A stretch of 32,000 bases of DNA. Origin: Methanothermobacter thermautotrophicus str. Delta H. GTDB taxonomy: Archaea; Methanobacteriota; Methanobacteria; Methanobacteriales; Methanothermobacteraceae. Positions 12,765 through 22,487 of this stretch are shown here, in pieces; within the stretch, counting starts at the first letter, position 1, and each line of letters begins with the position of its first letter. A model generated the notes under the pieces. That model was not told the DNA's origin. It saw only the letters and a program-made list of their open reading frames with translations, and made no database searches. The stretch is from NCBI RefSeq assembly GCF_000008645.1, contig NC_000916.1, positions 960,001-992,000 on the forward strand, given 5' to 3'. A program made the position numbers and the translations under genes.

Positions 12765-13763
12765 CTAGATAAGGTTTTCAAGGCCTTCACTCAGGGCCCA
12801 TCTTCTGGCCTCCTCCAGCTCCTCAATGTAGAGGGGACGGTTGATCTCAGGGTAAGCTGAAGCCCTGTAGAGGGGCCGGTACTGGCCCATTATGTTCATT
12901 ACAGTGTCTGTTCCCAGGTTCTCTGCGACCCATGATATGATGGGCTTCGTGCAGCACTCCAGGTGCCCTGGAAGCACCAGGTGCCTTATTATCATATCCT
13001 CACCTGCTATCATGAGGTGGTTCCTGGATACAACCTCAAAGTAGTTACCGGCACCTGCCAGTCTCTCTGCACATTCACTGTTGCCGAACTTGAAGTCCGT
13101 GAGGTAGAGGTCTGCAGCACCCATTATGAGCCTGAGGGATTCCCTGGTCATGTACATGTTACTGTTCCATACGACAGGCACACTGATGGAAACCCTGGAT
13201 AGAACCCTCAGGATATATGGGAGTGCTGGTGTCGGGTCTCCGCCCACGAAGTTGACGTTTGCTGCCCCCATGCGCCTCCTCTCCTCTATGAGCGCTGCAA
13301 GTTCATCCACCTCAATGTGTCTGCCTGCAGAGGGGTTCTGGGATATGTCCCAGTTCTGACAGAAGACACACCTCAGGGTGCAGCCAGAGAAGAATATGGT
13401 ATGGCTGGGTACAAGGGGGGCCTCCTCCCCGTAGTGCAGGAACTCCGAGGCCACCCGTGGCTCCATGACACCGCAGTGTCCCTGCTCCCTGTGGCGGTTA
13501 ACCCCGCACCTCCAGGGGCACAGTGAACACTCCCCCAGGATCCTTTCAGCGATTTCGATTTTAAGATCAAGGAAGGACCTTTCACATGCTCCTGAACACT
13601 CTATGCCCTTCTCTATCCTTTCATGTTCCCTCCAGAGTTCAGACATCCCTGAGGTTTCATGGAAGGATGCCGGTGTCCTGGCGGCCACCATGAAACTGGC
13701 ATCCGTCCTACCATCCCTCACAGAGAGGTAGTGGTGAAGTGCATCCTTCAGTGACATGATCAT
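12765..13763 (-). CDS. Radical SAM protein (PflX/activating-enzyme-like)
   Basis: 332-aa ORF. CxxxCxxC motif in SGCTLRCVFCQNWDISQ; upstream Cys cluster CSLCPWRCGVNRHREQGHCGV; NFVGGDPTP. Confidence 0.88.
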   Translation of the reverse strand: MIMSLKDALHHYLSVRDGRTDASFMVAARTPASFHETSGMSELWREHERIEKGIECSGACERSFLDLKIEIAERILGECSLCPWRCGVNRHREQGHCGVMEPRVASEFLHYGEEAPLVPSHTIFFSGCTLRCVFCQNWDISQNPSAGRHIEVDELAALIEERRRMGAANVNFVGGDPTPALPYILRVLSRVSISVPVVWNSNMYMTRESLRLIMGAADLYLTDFKFGNSECAERLAGAGNYFEVVSRNHLMIAGEDMIIRHLVLPGHLECCTKPIISWVAENLGTDTVMNIMGQYRPLYRASAYPEINRPLYIEELEEARRWALSEGLENLI

Positions 13764-13778
13764 GAATGATAAATGGGG

Positions 13779-15071
13779 TTACCCTGTGACATGAACATCC
13801 TCAACCATGAGGGGCGCGGTTACAAAGCCCCCCACCTGCCTCCTTTCAAGGTCCGTTGATGAGACCTTCATCATGAGCTCAAATATGTTCCCTGAGAGCA
13901 TTGCCTTCTTAACAGGTGTGAATTCCCCTGAGTCCGCCATGAACGCATTGTTGGCCTCCACCGAGAAATCACCGGATATTGGATTTGCTGTGTGGGCTCC
14001 AAGGACATCTGTGACAAAGATCCCCCTGAAGTCGTCCAGTGGCACTGTACTGTCAAATTCAAGTATGAAGTTGGTGGTTGAGACGGCCGGGACCTCCATG
14101 TAGCCCCTCAGACCATTACCTGTGCTATCAGCCCGCCCCTTTGATGCTGTGTATATGTTATGCATGTATCCCCTCAGAATTCCATCCTCAACAAGGGCTG
14201 TCCTCTGGGAGGGTGTCCCCTCACCATCAAAGGGGGCTGATCCCAGGCCCCCCTCAAGGGTACCGTCATCGTATACTGAGAGGCCCTCACCTGTGACCTG
14301 GCTTCCAATCCTATCTGCCAGTACGGACCTCCCCCTCTGGACGTTATCTGCGCTGAATGCGCCTGCGAATGTTCCAAGGAGTCCTGCTGCTGCATGGTAG
14401 TCCAGGACTGCGGGGATCCTGCCGCTTTCAATACTCCTGCCCCCCATCGAATCCCTTGCAATCCGGCAGGCCCTTCCAGCTACCCATTCAGGGTTGATGT
14501 CAAGTTTGCAGGAGGAGTCTGATTCGTAGGCGGTTGTCTTCATGCCATTCTCCCCGGCTGTCACAGATATGTGGGCTGAGAACCCTGTTGAAGATGATGA
14601 CTCCTCAACACCCTCCGAGTTTAGGATGAATGTTTCAATCCTGGATGCGGTGAACCCGCCGCTGGTGGGTTTGCATCCCTCCTCCAGGACCCTGTTGATC
14701 ATTCTACCGGCCATCTCCACGGAGTCCTCAACTTCAAGGTCATCGAAGGACCTGTCATGGATCCCCTTCACCGATGGATATGTGGAGGGTTCAGAGAACC
14801 CGAAGTTTTCATCAGGATCTGCAAGCTGGAGGTTCTGGGCCGCCATCCTCACAGCTACGTCCACCCCATCAGGATCCGATGTGTAGGCAAACCCCATTCG
14901 CCCCTCCTTCAGGATGCGGATGCCTATCCCTGTCATGGATTCAATTTTCCCGAAGTCTATGAGGTCACGCTGGATCTCAACCTCCAGTGTCTTCTCCCTC
15001 TCAATGTAGACCTCAGCCATCTCACCATACCTTAATGCGAGTTTAACCGCCTCTTCACCAATCCCGAACAT
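13779..15071 (-). CDS. TldD/PmbA-family metallopeptidase homolog
   Basis: ORF 13779..15122 with likely start MFGIGEEAVKLALRYGEMAEVYIER. PmbA-like features include GIGIRILKEGRMGFAYTSD, RTALVEDGILRGYMHNIYTA and ISGDFSVEANNAF. Confidence 0.85.
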   Translation of the reverse strand: MFGIGEEAVKLALRYGEMAEVYIEREKTLEVEIQRDLIDFGKIESMTGIGIRILKEGRMGFAYTSDPDGVDVAVRMAAQNLQLADPDENFGFSEPSTYPSVKGIHDRSFDDLEVEDSVEMAGRMINRVLEEGCKPTSGGFTASRIETFILNSEGVEESSSSTGFSAHISVTAGENGMKTTAYESDSSCKLDINPEWVAGRACRIARDSMGGRSIESGRIPAVLDYHAAAGLLGTFAGAFSADNVQRGRSVLADRIGSQVTGEGLSVYDDGTLEGGLGSAPFDGEGTPSQRTALVEDGILRGYMHNIYTASKGRADSTGNGLRGYMEVPAVSTTNFILEFDSTVPLDDFRGIFVTDVLGAHTANPISGDFSVEANNAFMADSGEFTPVKKAMLSGNIFELMMKVSSTDLERRQVGGFVTAPLMVEDVHVTG

Positions 15072-15075
15072 CAGC

Positions 15076-15741
15076 TCACCACCCCATGAATCTCCTGACC
15101 GCCTCTGCAACCCCTTCTCCATGGGCTGCGGAGGTCACATAATCTGCCATCTCCCGCAGTTCAGGGTCTGCATTTGCAACCGCAACCCTGAATCCAGCAG
15201 CCTCAATGAATTCCAGGTCATTTTCACTGTCACCTATGGCCATGACATCCTCCATCTCTATCCCCATGGATTCAAGCAGGATCTCCAGGGATGAACCCTT
15301 ATTCACTGAGGGGTCTGTCAGGTGTATGGCAAAGCCGGTATCATAGACCTCAACATCAAAATCCCTGAGCGCCTCCCTGACAGTATCTGCAGGTACATCC
15401 CTGGTCAGTGCTATCTCCGACACCCTGAGGTCAGAGAACTGGACCTTCCGGACAGGGTAGATCCCTTTGAGGTGACTGTAGGCCATCTCAGCCTTACTTA
15501 TATCACCCAGGACCCTCACCTCATCATTGATGTGCAGCACACCGCCATTTTCAGCTACAACCCCTCCGCTGGCCCCTATTAGGACCGATGTTGCCATAGC
15601 AAAGCAGAGGATGTTACCGGTAACCATTATAACAGGCACCCCTGCCTCCTCGGCACCCCTGAGGGCCTTCACAGCCTCCAGAGACAGCCTCCTTTTTTTG
15701 TCGGTTATTGTGCCGTCGATGTCAACTGCAATGGCCCTCAT
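15076..15741 (-). CDS. Archaeal phosphoglycolate phosphatase (HAD superfamily)
   Basis: 221-aa ORF MRAIAVDIDGTITDKKRRLSLEAVKAL...NPSVNKGSSLEILLESMGIEMEDVMAIGDSENDLEFIEAAGFRVAVANADPELR. Confidence 0.88.
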   Translation of the reverse strand: MRAIAVDIDGTITDKKRRLSLEAVKALRGAEEAGVPVIMVTGNILCFAMATSVLIGASGGVVAENGGVLHINDEVRVLGDISKAEMAYSHLKGIYPVRKVQFSDLRVSEIALTRDVPADTVREALRDFDVEVYDTGFAIHLTDPSVNKGSSLEILLESMGIEMEDVMAIGDSENDLEFIEAAGFRVAVANADPELREMADYVTSAAHGEGVAEAVRRFMGW

Positions 15742-15749
15742 CCTGACAC

Positions 15750-16796
15750 CTAGAATGAGCTGTACCGGTAGGCTATGTTACAGGTGCCCTCCCTTGACAC
15801 CATGCATGCCCCGATGGGACTGGTGGGGGTGCACTCATTCTTGAAGAGTTTGCATTCCTCCGGCCTTGCAACACCCCTCAATACAGCACCGCATATGCAT
15901 CCCGCCGGTGTATCAACCGTATCTTCAACCTCTATATCGAATTTCTCCCGGGCATTGAATTCAGAGAACTCATCCCTTATCTCATAGACTGATTCGGGTA
16001 TGACCGGGAATCCCCTCCACTCCCTCTCGGTTACCTTGAAGACCTCATCCATCACCTTCTGGGCCTTGAGGTTACCCTCGGGTTTCACGGCCCTCTTATA
16101 CTCGTTCTCAACCTTTGCCTCTCCCCTATCGATCTGTCGGAGTATCATGTAGACCGCCATGAGTATATCCAGGGGGTTGAAGCCCGCTATGACCTGTGGT
16201 ATGTTGTAGTCCCTTGAGAAGGGCTCATAGGGTTTCATGCCGATTATGGTTGACACGTGACCTGGTTCTATGAGGGCGTTGAGGTTCACCTCACCTGACT
16301 CTATGAGAAACCTGAGGGCGGGTGGTATGAGCCTGTGGCATGAAAGAACCGAGAAGTTCTCAGGTGGTCCTGAGAGTATCTCCGAGGCTGTTGTTGGCGC
16401 CGTGGTCTCAAATCCCGCTGCCATGAATACGACTTCCCGGTCAAGTTTCCTTGCTATCTCCACTGCGTTGCCCACACCGTAGACTATCCTGACATCCGCA
16501 CCGTCCGCCCTGGCATCCGCGAGGGATCCCCTGGAGCCCGGGACCCGGAGCATGTCACCGAAGGTTGTTATGGTGACACCCTGCCTTGCAAGTTCAATGC
16601 ACTCGTCGATTTCCCTTGCCGGGACACAGCAGACCGGACAGCCAGGCCCGGCGACCACCTCCACCTCCTCAGGAAGGAGGGACCTTACACCATGCTGCAT
16701 TATTGTGTGCTCATGTGACCCGCATACATGCATTATCTTAACTGGACGTGATATCTCCTGTATCCTTGAAACCAGTTCCCTTGAAAGATTCTTCAT
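15750..16796 (-). CDS. hypD: [NiFe]-hydrogenase maturation factor HypD
   Basis: 348-aa ORF with VKIMHVCGSHEHTIMQHGVRSLLPEEVEVVAGPGCPVCCVP, AAGFETTAPTTA, GHVSTIIG and C-terminal CICGAVLRGVARPEECKLF. Confidence 0.96.
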   Translation of the reverse strand: MKNLSRELVSRIQEISRPVKIMHVCGSHEHTIMQHGVRSLLPEEVEVVAGPGCPVCCVPAREIDECIELARQGVTITTFGDMLRVPGSRGSLADARADGADVRIVYGVGNAVEIARKLDREVVFMAAGFETTAPTTASEILSGPPENFSVLSCHRLIPPALRFLIESGEVNLNALIEPGHVSTIIGMKPYEPFSRDYNIPQVIAGFNPLDILMAVYMILRQIDRGEAKVENEYKRAVKPEGNLKAQKVMDEVFKVTEREWRGFPVIPESVYEIRDEFSEFNAREKFDIEVEDTVDTPAGCICGAVLRGVARPEECKLFKNECTPTSPIGACMVSREGTCNIAYRYSSF

Positions 16797-16863
16797 AAGA
16801 CCACCATTACACTTAAAGATCTATTTATCACGATCATATATATATGGAGGAGGCCAAAGGATT

Positions 16864-17832
16864 ATGTTTTATGGGGAGAGAAGTTTAAACATGTCAGTTA
16901 TCATCCTCCTCTTCCTCTTCACTGTCTCACTGATTGGCGTTATAAAGTCGGCCGATATATTCGTGGATCGGATCGTTGATATAGGTAGGGCCCTGGGGAT
17001 ATCCCAGATAATACTGGGGGTGACAGTCGCCGCTGCAGGGACCTCCCTTCCTGAATTTGGATCCGCACTGATATCCGTCCTCACAGGAAACCCTGATCTC
17101 GGTGTGGGTGTTGTTATAGGATCAAATATATGGAACATAGCCGGCATCATAGGCATATCAGCCATCCTTTCATGTGCGGTTACAACAAACCGGGATGAGA
17201 TCCGGAGGGATGGTCTTTTCGGGCTTCTGAGCATACTCATCCTCACATTCTTCATGCTCATGGGACCGGTTGGCCCCCTGACTGGTGTCGTGCTCCTTGC
17301 ACTCTACGGTGTTTACCTCTGGGTCCTCATAAAAAAACAGAGGGGCTACTATACCAGCCACCTCATGGATCATGGCGAGGTTGATGCGAAAACCATAATA
17401 TCCGCCATCCTGGGATTCACTGGTCTTGTGGTGTTCTGCAGAATACTCGTATACAGTGCCGTTGGGATCGCTGAGATCATGAATGTTCCTGAGATGATAA
17501 TCGGTCTTTTTGCCCTCGCAATAGGCACAAGCCTCGCTGAACTGGTCGTTGCTGTTAACTCTGCAATGAAGCGTATGTGCAGCCTGTCCCTTGGAACCGT
17601 CCTGGGGAGCAACATATTCAACATCCTGATAGGCATCGGGGTTCCATCACTCTTTGTTAGGATCCCTGTTGAGCCCCTATCCCTCATTCTTGACGCTCCA
17701 GTGCTCATGGGGGTGACAGTGGCCGTCATGTACTTCATGTGGACTGATATGGAGCTCAGGAGGGTTGAGGGGGTTGCACTGGTGGCATTTTACCTGGCAT
17801 ACGCTGTAATTAGAATAACACTTACACGGTAG
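16864..17832 (+). CDS. Calcium/sodium antiporter, CaCA (YrbG-like) family membrane protein
   Basis: Supplied ORF 16552..17832 overlaps hypD antisense; the credible start is ATG 16864 or 16891. Alpha-repeat motifs VAAAGTSLPEFGSALISVLTGNPDLGVGVVIGSNIWNI and LAIGTSLAELVVAVNSAMKRMCSLSLGTVLGSNIFNILIGIG. Confidence 0.9.
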   Translation: MFYGERSLNMSVIILLFLFTVSLIGVIKSADIFVDRIVDIGRALGISQIILGVTVAAAGTSLPEFGSALISVLTGNPDLGVGVVIGSNIWNIAGIIGISAILSCAVTTNRDEIRRDGLFGLLSILILTFFMLMGPVGPLTGVVLLALYGVYLWVLIKKQRGYYTSHLMDHGEVDAKTIISAILGFTGLVVFCRILVYSAVGIAEIMNVPEMIIGLFALAIGTSLAELVVAVNSAMKRMCSLSLGTVLGSNIFNILIGIGVPSLFVRIPVEPLSLILDAPVLMGVTVAVMYFMWTDMELRRVEGVALVAFYLAYAVIRITLTR

Positions 17833-17955
17833 GTTTAATGCGTTTTTTAAGATGCACTTAGAATAGCACTTACACAGTATATTGACATCAGTTGCACTGA
17901 AAAAACTAAAAAAACCGCTCAATATACCAAAATAAAAAAATGAAGGGAAATTTTT

Positions 17956-20900
17956 TTATCTTCTCCTTGCTATGGCTGAACCTGCAGCTAGAAGCAGTAG
18001 GCCTGCCATGAGTGCAGCTACCGGAGCACCCGTTGGCTGCATCGGTACCCTGCCAGGTGAAGGTCCTGGACCCGGTGTGGGTTCTGTGACCTCGATATCG
18101 ACCTCTGTCGTGTTGTTGCCGCCTGATGAGCCTGAGCTCACCGTTGCCACGTTGATGAATGTGCCGCGCCTTATCATCTGGACCACTATTTCAAGGACTG
18201 CGCTTGAACCTGATGGCAGGTCTCCTATCAGCCATACGCCGGTTACCGGATTGTATGATCCCACAGTGGCGCTGGATGATACGTACCTCATTGAATCCGG
18301 TAGCCTGTCAACCACTGTTGTGTTGAGTGCAGTATCAGGTCCATTGTTTGTCACCGTTACTGTGAATTTCACGTTCTGTCCGAGGCGTACAGCCCTCCTA
18401 TCAGCCGTCTTGGTGATGGTGAGCTCTGCCCGTGGATTTGCTGTTACAGTGGCATTAGCATCCCTATCAGGGTTCGGATTGTACGTATCAGACGTGACAT
18501 TGGCAATATTGGTCAGGGTAGTGTTACTCACAGCAACCCTGGCAACAATCTCCAGAGTCGCCACAGCATCCCTTACCAGTGAACCAACAAGCCACACACC
18601 AGTACCCACATCATAGCTTCCCTGTGAAGCACTGTGACTCACGTAGTCAAGACCAGCAGGTAACACGTCATTAACAACAACACCCACTGAATCATCAGGA
18701 CCCATATTGGTAACTGAAACCACGAACCTCACAGTATCATTGAAGTCAACCACCGTCGCATTAACCACCTTATCTATCACAAGATAAGCAGCCGGTGGGA
18801 TGGTCACTGTGACGTTTGCAGTGTTGTTTTCAGGGTATGGATCGAACTGATCCCCAACTGCCTGAACCCTGTTTATCAGTTCACCTGTGGTGTTCACAAG
18901 GACCGTGAAGTTGAGGGTTGCTGATGCACCGTTTGCAAGGTCTCCAACTATCCAGATGCATGCAAGGGGATAGCAGATACCCTGTGAAATTGCATGTGAC
19001 TGGTAGACAAGGCCCTCTGGAAGCATTTCTGTTACCGTGACCCCTGTTGCATCGTCAGGTCCATTGTTCGTAACCGTCACAAAGAAGGTTATCTGCTCAC
19101 CGAAGTTCGGTGTGCTGTTTGACACCGTCTTTGTGATTGATATATCTGATGATGGGTTCACGGTGAGTAGAGCAGTTGCATTGTTGTTTGAGAGCAGAGG
19201 GTCGTACTCCTCGGCTGATGCATTCACGTAATTCGTGAATATGCCTGCGGCATTTGCAATTACCTCAAGCACCAGGGTTGCTGATGTGCCATTTGCAAGG
19301 TCTCCAACAGTCCAGAGCCCGCCTGCGAAGGTTCCCTGTGAGGCGCTGTGACTGAGCAGTCCGAGTCCTGGTGGTAGTATATCCGTTACAGCGACACCTG
19401 TTGCATCGTTCGGTCCGTTGTTGGTGACAGTGACCGTGAAGTTTGTTATCTGTCCATTGTTGATTGGTGTCAGGAGGACCGTCTTCTGTACCGCGATATC
19501 AGCCACGGCCTCTGCATTTAATAGCCCAGCAGCATGGTTGTTGGTCAGGTCAGGGTCATACTCGGTGCTCGTGACTGAGACCGTGTTTATCATTCCACCT
19601 GTGGCATTGACAAGCACGGTGATGTTCAGTGTCTCTGATGCACCGGGTGCCAGTGAATCAACAGTCCATACATTGAATTCCACGAAGTAGATACCCGCGG
19701 ATGCACTGTGGGACTGGTAGACGAGACCTGATGGCATTGTATCAACGGTCCTCACAACCGTGGCGGTGTCCGGTCCAAGGTTCGTTACCGTTATGTAGAA
19801 CACCACGGTGTCACCGAAGTCTGGTGCTGTGTTGCTGACGGTCTTCGTGATCTTAACATCCGCGCTTGGCCTCACATCGACTGTAACCGCATCAACGTTG
19901 TCTCCGGGTAGTGGATCTGGAAGCTCTGATGATACGTTGACTATGTTTGTCTGGAAGCCTGCCTGGGTTGCCCTTACAACCAGTGTGAGGGTTGCCTGGA
20001 ACAGGGCAGGTAGTGAGCCAACCTCCCAGACGCCAGTTGTTGTGTTGAAGGATCCCTGTGTAACCGTGTATGATATGATTGAGAGTCCAGCAGGCAGGAG
20101 ATCTGAGACCACAACATTTGATGGTGTGTCTGGACCAGCATTCCTCACGATCACCGTGAAGGTGGCGGTTTCCCCGTTATTTATAACAGGTCTGTCAACG
20201 GTCTTCTGGATGCTAAGGTCTGCTGATACCGCGTTAAGGGTTGATACCGCATCATTGTTGGTCCTGTCAGGGTCACGCTCATTACCGGTGACTGATACTG
20301 TGTTATTTGAATCACCGGTTGTGTTCACAAGGACTGTGAGGTTCATCAGGGCTGATGCCGCGTAATTCAGTGCTCCGATGTACCATACGCCAGTTGTGGC
20401 ATTGTAGGTTCCCTGTGTGACAGTGTGACTGAGGTAGACAAGGCCCGGTGAGAGTATATCTGTGACGGTTACACCTGTGGCGTTGCTCGGTCCAAGATTT
20501 GTGACAGCAACCGTAAAGGTCACAACGGACCCATAATCTGGCCGCGGGTCACTCACTTGTTTCACTATAAGCAGGTCAGCCACCGGGATTCCCACCACCT
20601 CGGCGGTGTCATTGTTGTTATCCGGGTTGGGATCAAAGTTTGGTGATGTGATATTTGCAAAGTTTGTCAGTGATCCAGTTGCGTTGACCCTGGCTATTAT
20701 TGTGAGTGTTGCTATTTCAAGGTAGTTCAGTGTCCCCACATTCCATGTGCCCATGTAGTAGGAGCCCTTGGATGGTGTCGCGCTGATAGGTATCAGTCCA
20801 GCCGGCAGAACATCCTCCACCACAACTCCTGCTGCGTTATCAGGTCCCCTGTTGCTCACAGTGATTGTGTACTGGATATTTTCACCCACATAGGGTTCCG

Positions 20901-22380
20901 GATTGTTAACAGACTTGTCTATGGTGAGGTCTGATGCCGGTGGAGAATTCAGGGCTGCTGATGCGTAGTTGTTTGCCATGTCTGGGTCGAAGACGTCACC
21001 TGTCACGTTGGCGTTGTTGACAATTGCCCCTGTTGCTGTGACCGTGGCTGTGATGTTCAGTGTTACCGTCTCGAAGTATTCAAGGTTTCCTATGGTCCAT
21101 ATACCTGTGGTGCTGTTGTAGATTCCCCTGGATGCACTTGCTGATACGAAGCTCAGCTGTGGTGGTAGAAGATCCGTTACATAAACGCCAGTGGCATTGT
21201 TTGGGCCATAGTTCACCACGGTGATTGTGAATCTGACGGTATCGCCAATGCTGGGTGCCGTGTTGTTGACTGTTTTTGCAATTGCAAGGTCGGCCCTCTC
21301 AAGTGCCCGGATGGTGATATTCTCACCGAAGTCTGAGTTGTAGTGGTAGCTTGAACCGCTCCTGTCTGTTATGAGACCGAAGAGCCTGGTCACCCCTGCG
21401 CCGGTAACGTTGAACAGCCAGACAGATACAAAGTTTGTCTGACCCTGTGCGTCAAGGCGTACATTGTTGCTGGTGTTTGGTCCGTAGGTCACCGTTACGT
21501 TGATGGGCTGGATAATTGCCGGGTTGTAGTTGGTTAGTGGAAGGTTAAGGATATCATATCCGGCTGATGCCGTTGTTGATACGACTGTGACTGCAATCAC
21601 GTCTCCAATGGCCGGTGACGGGTTACTCACAGTTATGGATACCACGTCATTACGGTTCTGTGAGACAAGTTTCTCAACATAGAGTGTTCCGTTTATGGTG
21701 TCAGCGGAACCCGTGTTCGTCCCGCCCACCGTCACCGTATAATTCCTGGACGTCAGGTAGGCAAGTGAATTCCTTGATACCTCCACAAGGTAGAAGACAT
21801 CCACCGTTGCACCCGGTGCTATATCACCCAGGTACTTGCTGGCTGTTTCATTCGCCGCGAGGTCGACGTAGGGATTGGTTGAAGTGAATGTGAGGTTGGC
21901 TGTTACATTAGTTGCGGTGGTCAGGGCATCGTTCCTGACACGTATCTGGATGAGATACTGGTTGGGACCGACATTCACATTATTATGGTCAAGCCCGATG
22001 ATGTCCCATGAACCCTTGGTCAAGTTCAGGGTTCCGAGCCTGAAATCGGCAGTGGCTCTTCCTGACTCATCAAGGGTTACAGTGCTGGATGGTATCACGT
22101 GTCTAGGTGCAACTGCTGAGACAATAAATGTCCGGTCGGCTGCCTGGAAACTCACAGAGTAACTTCCATCCGGACCTGTTACCCCGGATGCCACACTGGA
22201 ACCATTAACTGAGGCCACGTTTATAACTGCGCCCTCAAATGGATCTGTACCGTTACACTGTGTCACAGTTCCAGTTATGAGTGCATTAGAATCAGTCTGA
22301 TTGTCAGAATCGGCGGCACTTACTGTTCCAATGGTAAGAATCACCAGAAGAATCGAAAGTGCCAGTGTAAATCTCTTCAT
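17956..22380 (-). CDS. Large secreted/cell-surface protein with about nine DUF11-type repeats and a C-terminal hydrophobic anchor
   Basis: 1474-aa ORF. Signal peptide MKRFTLALSILLVILTIGTVSAA; early carboxypeptidase-regulatory-like (ITGTVTQCNGTDPFEGAVINV...) and CARDB-like segments. Repeats of the form ADLxIxKTV...GxxVxFTVTVTNxGPxxATGVxVTDxLPxGLxxxS. C-terminal GAPVAALMAGLLLLAAGSAIARRR. Confidence 0.93.
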   Translation of the reverse strand: MKRFTLALSILLVILTIGTVSAADSDNQTDSNALITGTVTQCNGTDPFEGAVINVASVNGSSVASGVTGPDGSYSVSFQAADRTFIVSAVAPRHVIPSSTVTLDESGRATADFRLGTLNLTKGSWDIIGLDHNNVNVGPNQYLIQIRVRNDALTTATNVTANLTFTSTNPYVDLAANETASKYLGDIAPGATVDVFYLVEVSRNSLAYLTSRNYTVTVGGTNTGSADTINGTLYVEKLVSQNRNDVVSITVSNPSPAIGDVIAVTVVSTTASAGYDILNLPLTNYNPAIIQPINVTVTYGPNTSNNVRLDAQGQTNFVSVWLFNVTGAGVTRLFGLITDRSGSSYHYNSDFGENITIRALERADLAIAKTVNNTAPSIGDTVRFTITVVNYGPNNATGVYVTDLLPPQLSFVSASASRGIYNSTTGIWTIGNLEYFETVTLNITATVTATGAIVNNANVTGDVFDPDMANNYASAALNSPPASDLTIDKSVNNPEPYVGENIQYTITVSNRGPDNAAGVVVEDVLPAGLIPISATPSKGSYYMGTWNVGTLNYLEIATLTIIARVNATGSLTNFANITSPNFDPNPDNNNDTAEVVGIPVADLLIVKQVSDPRPDYGSVVTFTVAVTNLGPSNATGVTVTDILSPGLVYLSHTVTQGTYNATTGVWYIGALNYAASALMNLTVLVNTTGDSNNTVSVTGNERDPDRTNNDAVSTLNAVSADLSIQKTVDRPVINNGETATFTVIVRNAGPDTPSNVVVSDLLPAGLSIISYTVTQGSFNTTTGVWEVGSLPALFQATLTLVVRATQAGFQTNIVNVSSELPDPLPGDNVDAVTVDVRPSADVKITKTVSNTAPDFGDTVVFYITVTNLGPDTATVVRTVDTMPSGLVYQSHSASAGIYFVEFNVWTVDSLAPGASETLNITVLVNATGGMINTVSVTSTEYDPDLTNNHAAGLLNAEAVADIAVQKTVLLTPINNGQITNFTVTVTNNGPNDATGVAVTDILPPGLGLLSHSASQGTFAGGLWTVGDLANGTSATLVLEVIANAAGIFTNYVNASAEEYDPLLSNNNATALLTVNPSSDISITKTVSNSTPNFGEQITFFVTVTNNGPDDATGVTVTEMLPEGLVYQSHAISQGICYPLACIWIVGDLANGASATLNFTVLVNTTGELINRVQAVGDQFDPYPENNTANVTVTIPPAAYLVIDKVVNATVVDFNDTVRFVVSVTNMGPDDSVGVVVNDVLPAGLDYVSHSASQGSYDVGTGVWLVGSLVRDAVATLEIVARVAVSNTTLTNIANVTSDTYNPNPDRDANATVTANPRAELTITKTADRRAVRLGQNVKFTVTVTNNGPDTALNTTVVDRLPDSMRYVSSSATVGSYNPVTGVWLIGDLPSGSSAVLEIVVQMIRRGTFINVATVSSGSSGGNNTTEVDIEVTEPTPGPGPSPGRVPMQPTGAPVAALMAGLLLLAAGSAIARRR

Positions 22381-22430
22381 TTTTCACCCCCCCTTTAAAT
22401 TTTTTACACATTTACCTATTATGTTGAGGA

Positions 22431-22441
22431 GATATTTATAA
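22431..22441 (-). promoter_or_regulatory. Candidate TATA box for the DUF11-repeat surface protein gene
   Basis: Minus strand reads ttataaatatc about 50 bp upstream of the start codon; a strong SD (agggggggtg) lies just before the ATG. Confidence 0.5.
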
Positions 22442-22479
22442 TCTTCTAATTTAATGCCCAGAACGGCCTTCAGGAAGAT

Positions 22480-22487
22480 TTTATATT
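22480..22487 (+). promoter_or_regulatory. Candidate TATA box for the methyltransferase transcript
   Basis: tttatatt; the predicted start would fall near 22508, at a perfect hairpin. Confidence 0.4.

Noticed and set aside
15072-15122. N-terminal extension of the TldD/PmbA ORF overlapping the phosphatase gene
   Set aside because: The first 17 residues (MEKGLQRRSGDSWGGEL) overlap the upstream gene and have no family similarity. The start at MFGIGEEAV removes the overlap.
16552-16863. Upstream extension of the exchanger ORF (104 extra codons)
   Set aside because: It overlaps the 5' part of hypD on the other strand and then an AT-rich promoter region. The conserved CaCA sequence begins near MSVIILLFLFTVSLIGVIKSADIFVDR, so 16864 or 16891 is a better start.
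18616-21887. Several plus-strand ORFs inside the large surface-protein gene (e.g. 19808..20365, 185 aa)
   Set aside because: They are antisense shadows of a strongly supported 1474-aa minus-strand gene. They are rich in T/S/V from complementing the DUF11 repeats and show no independent domain signature.
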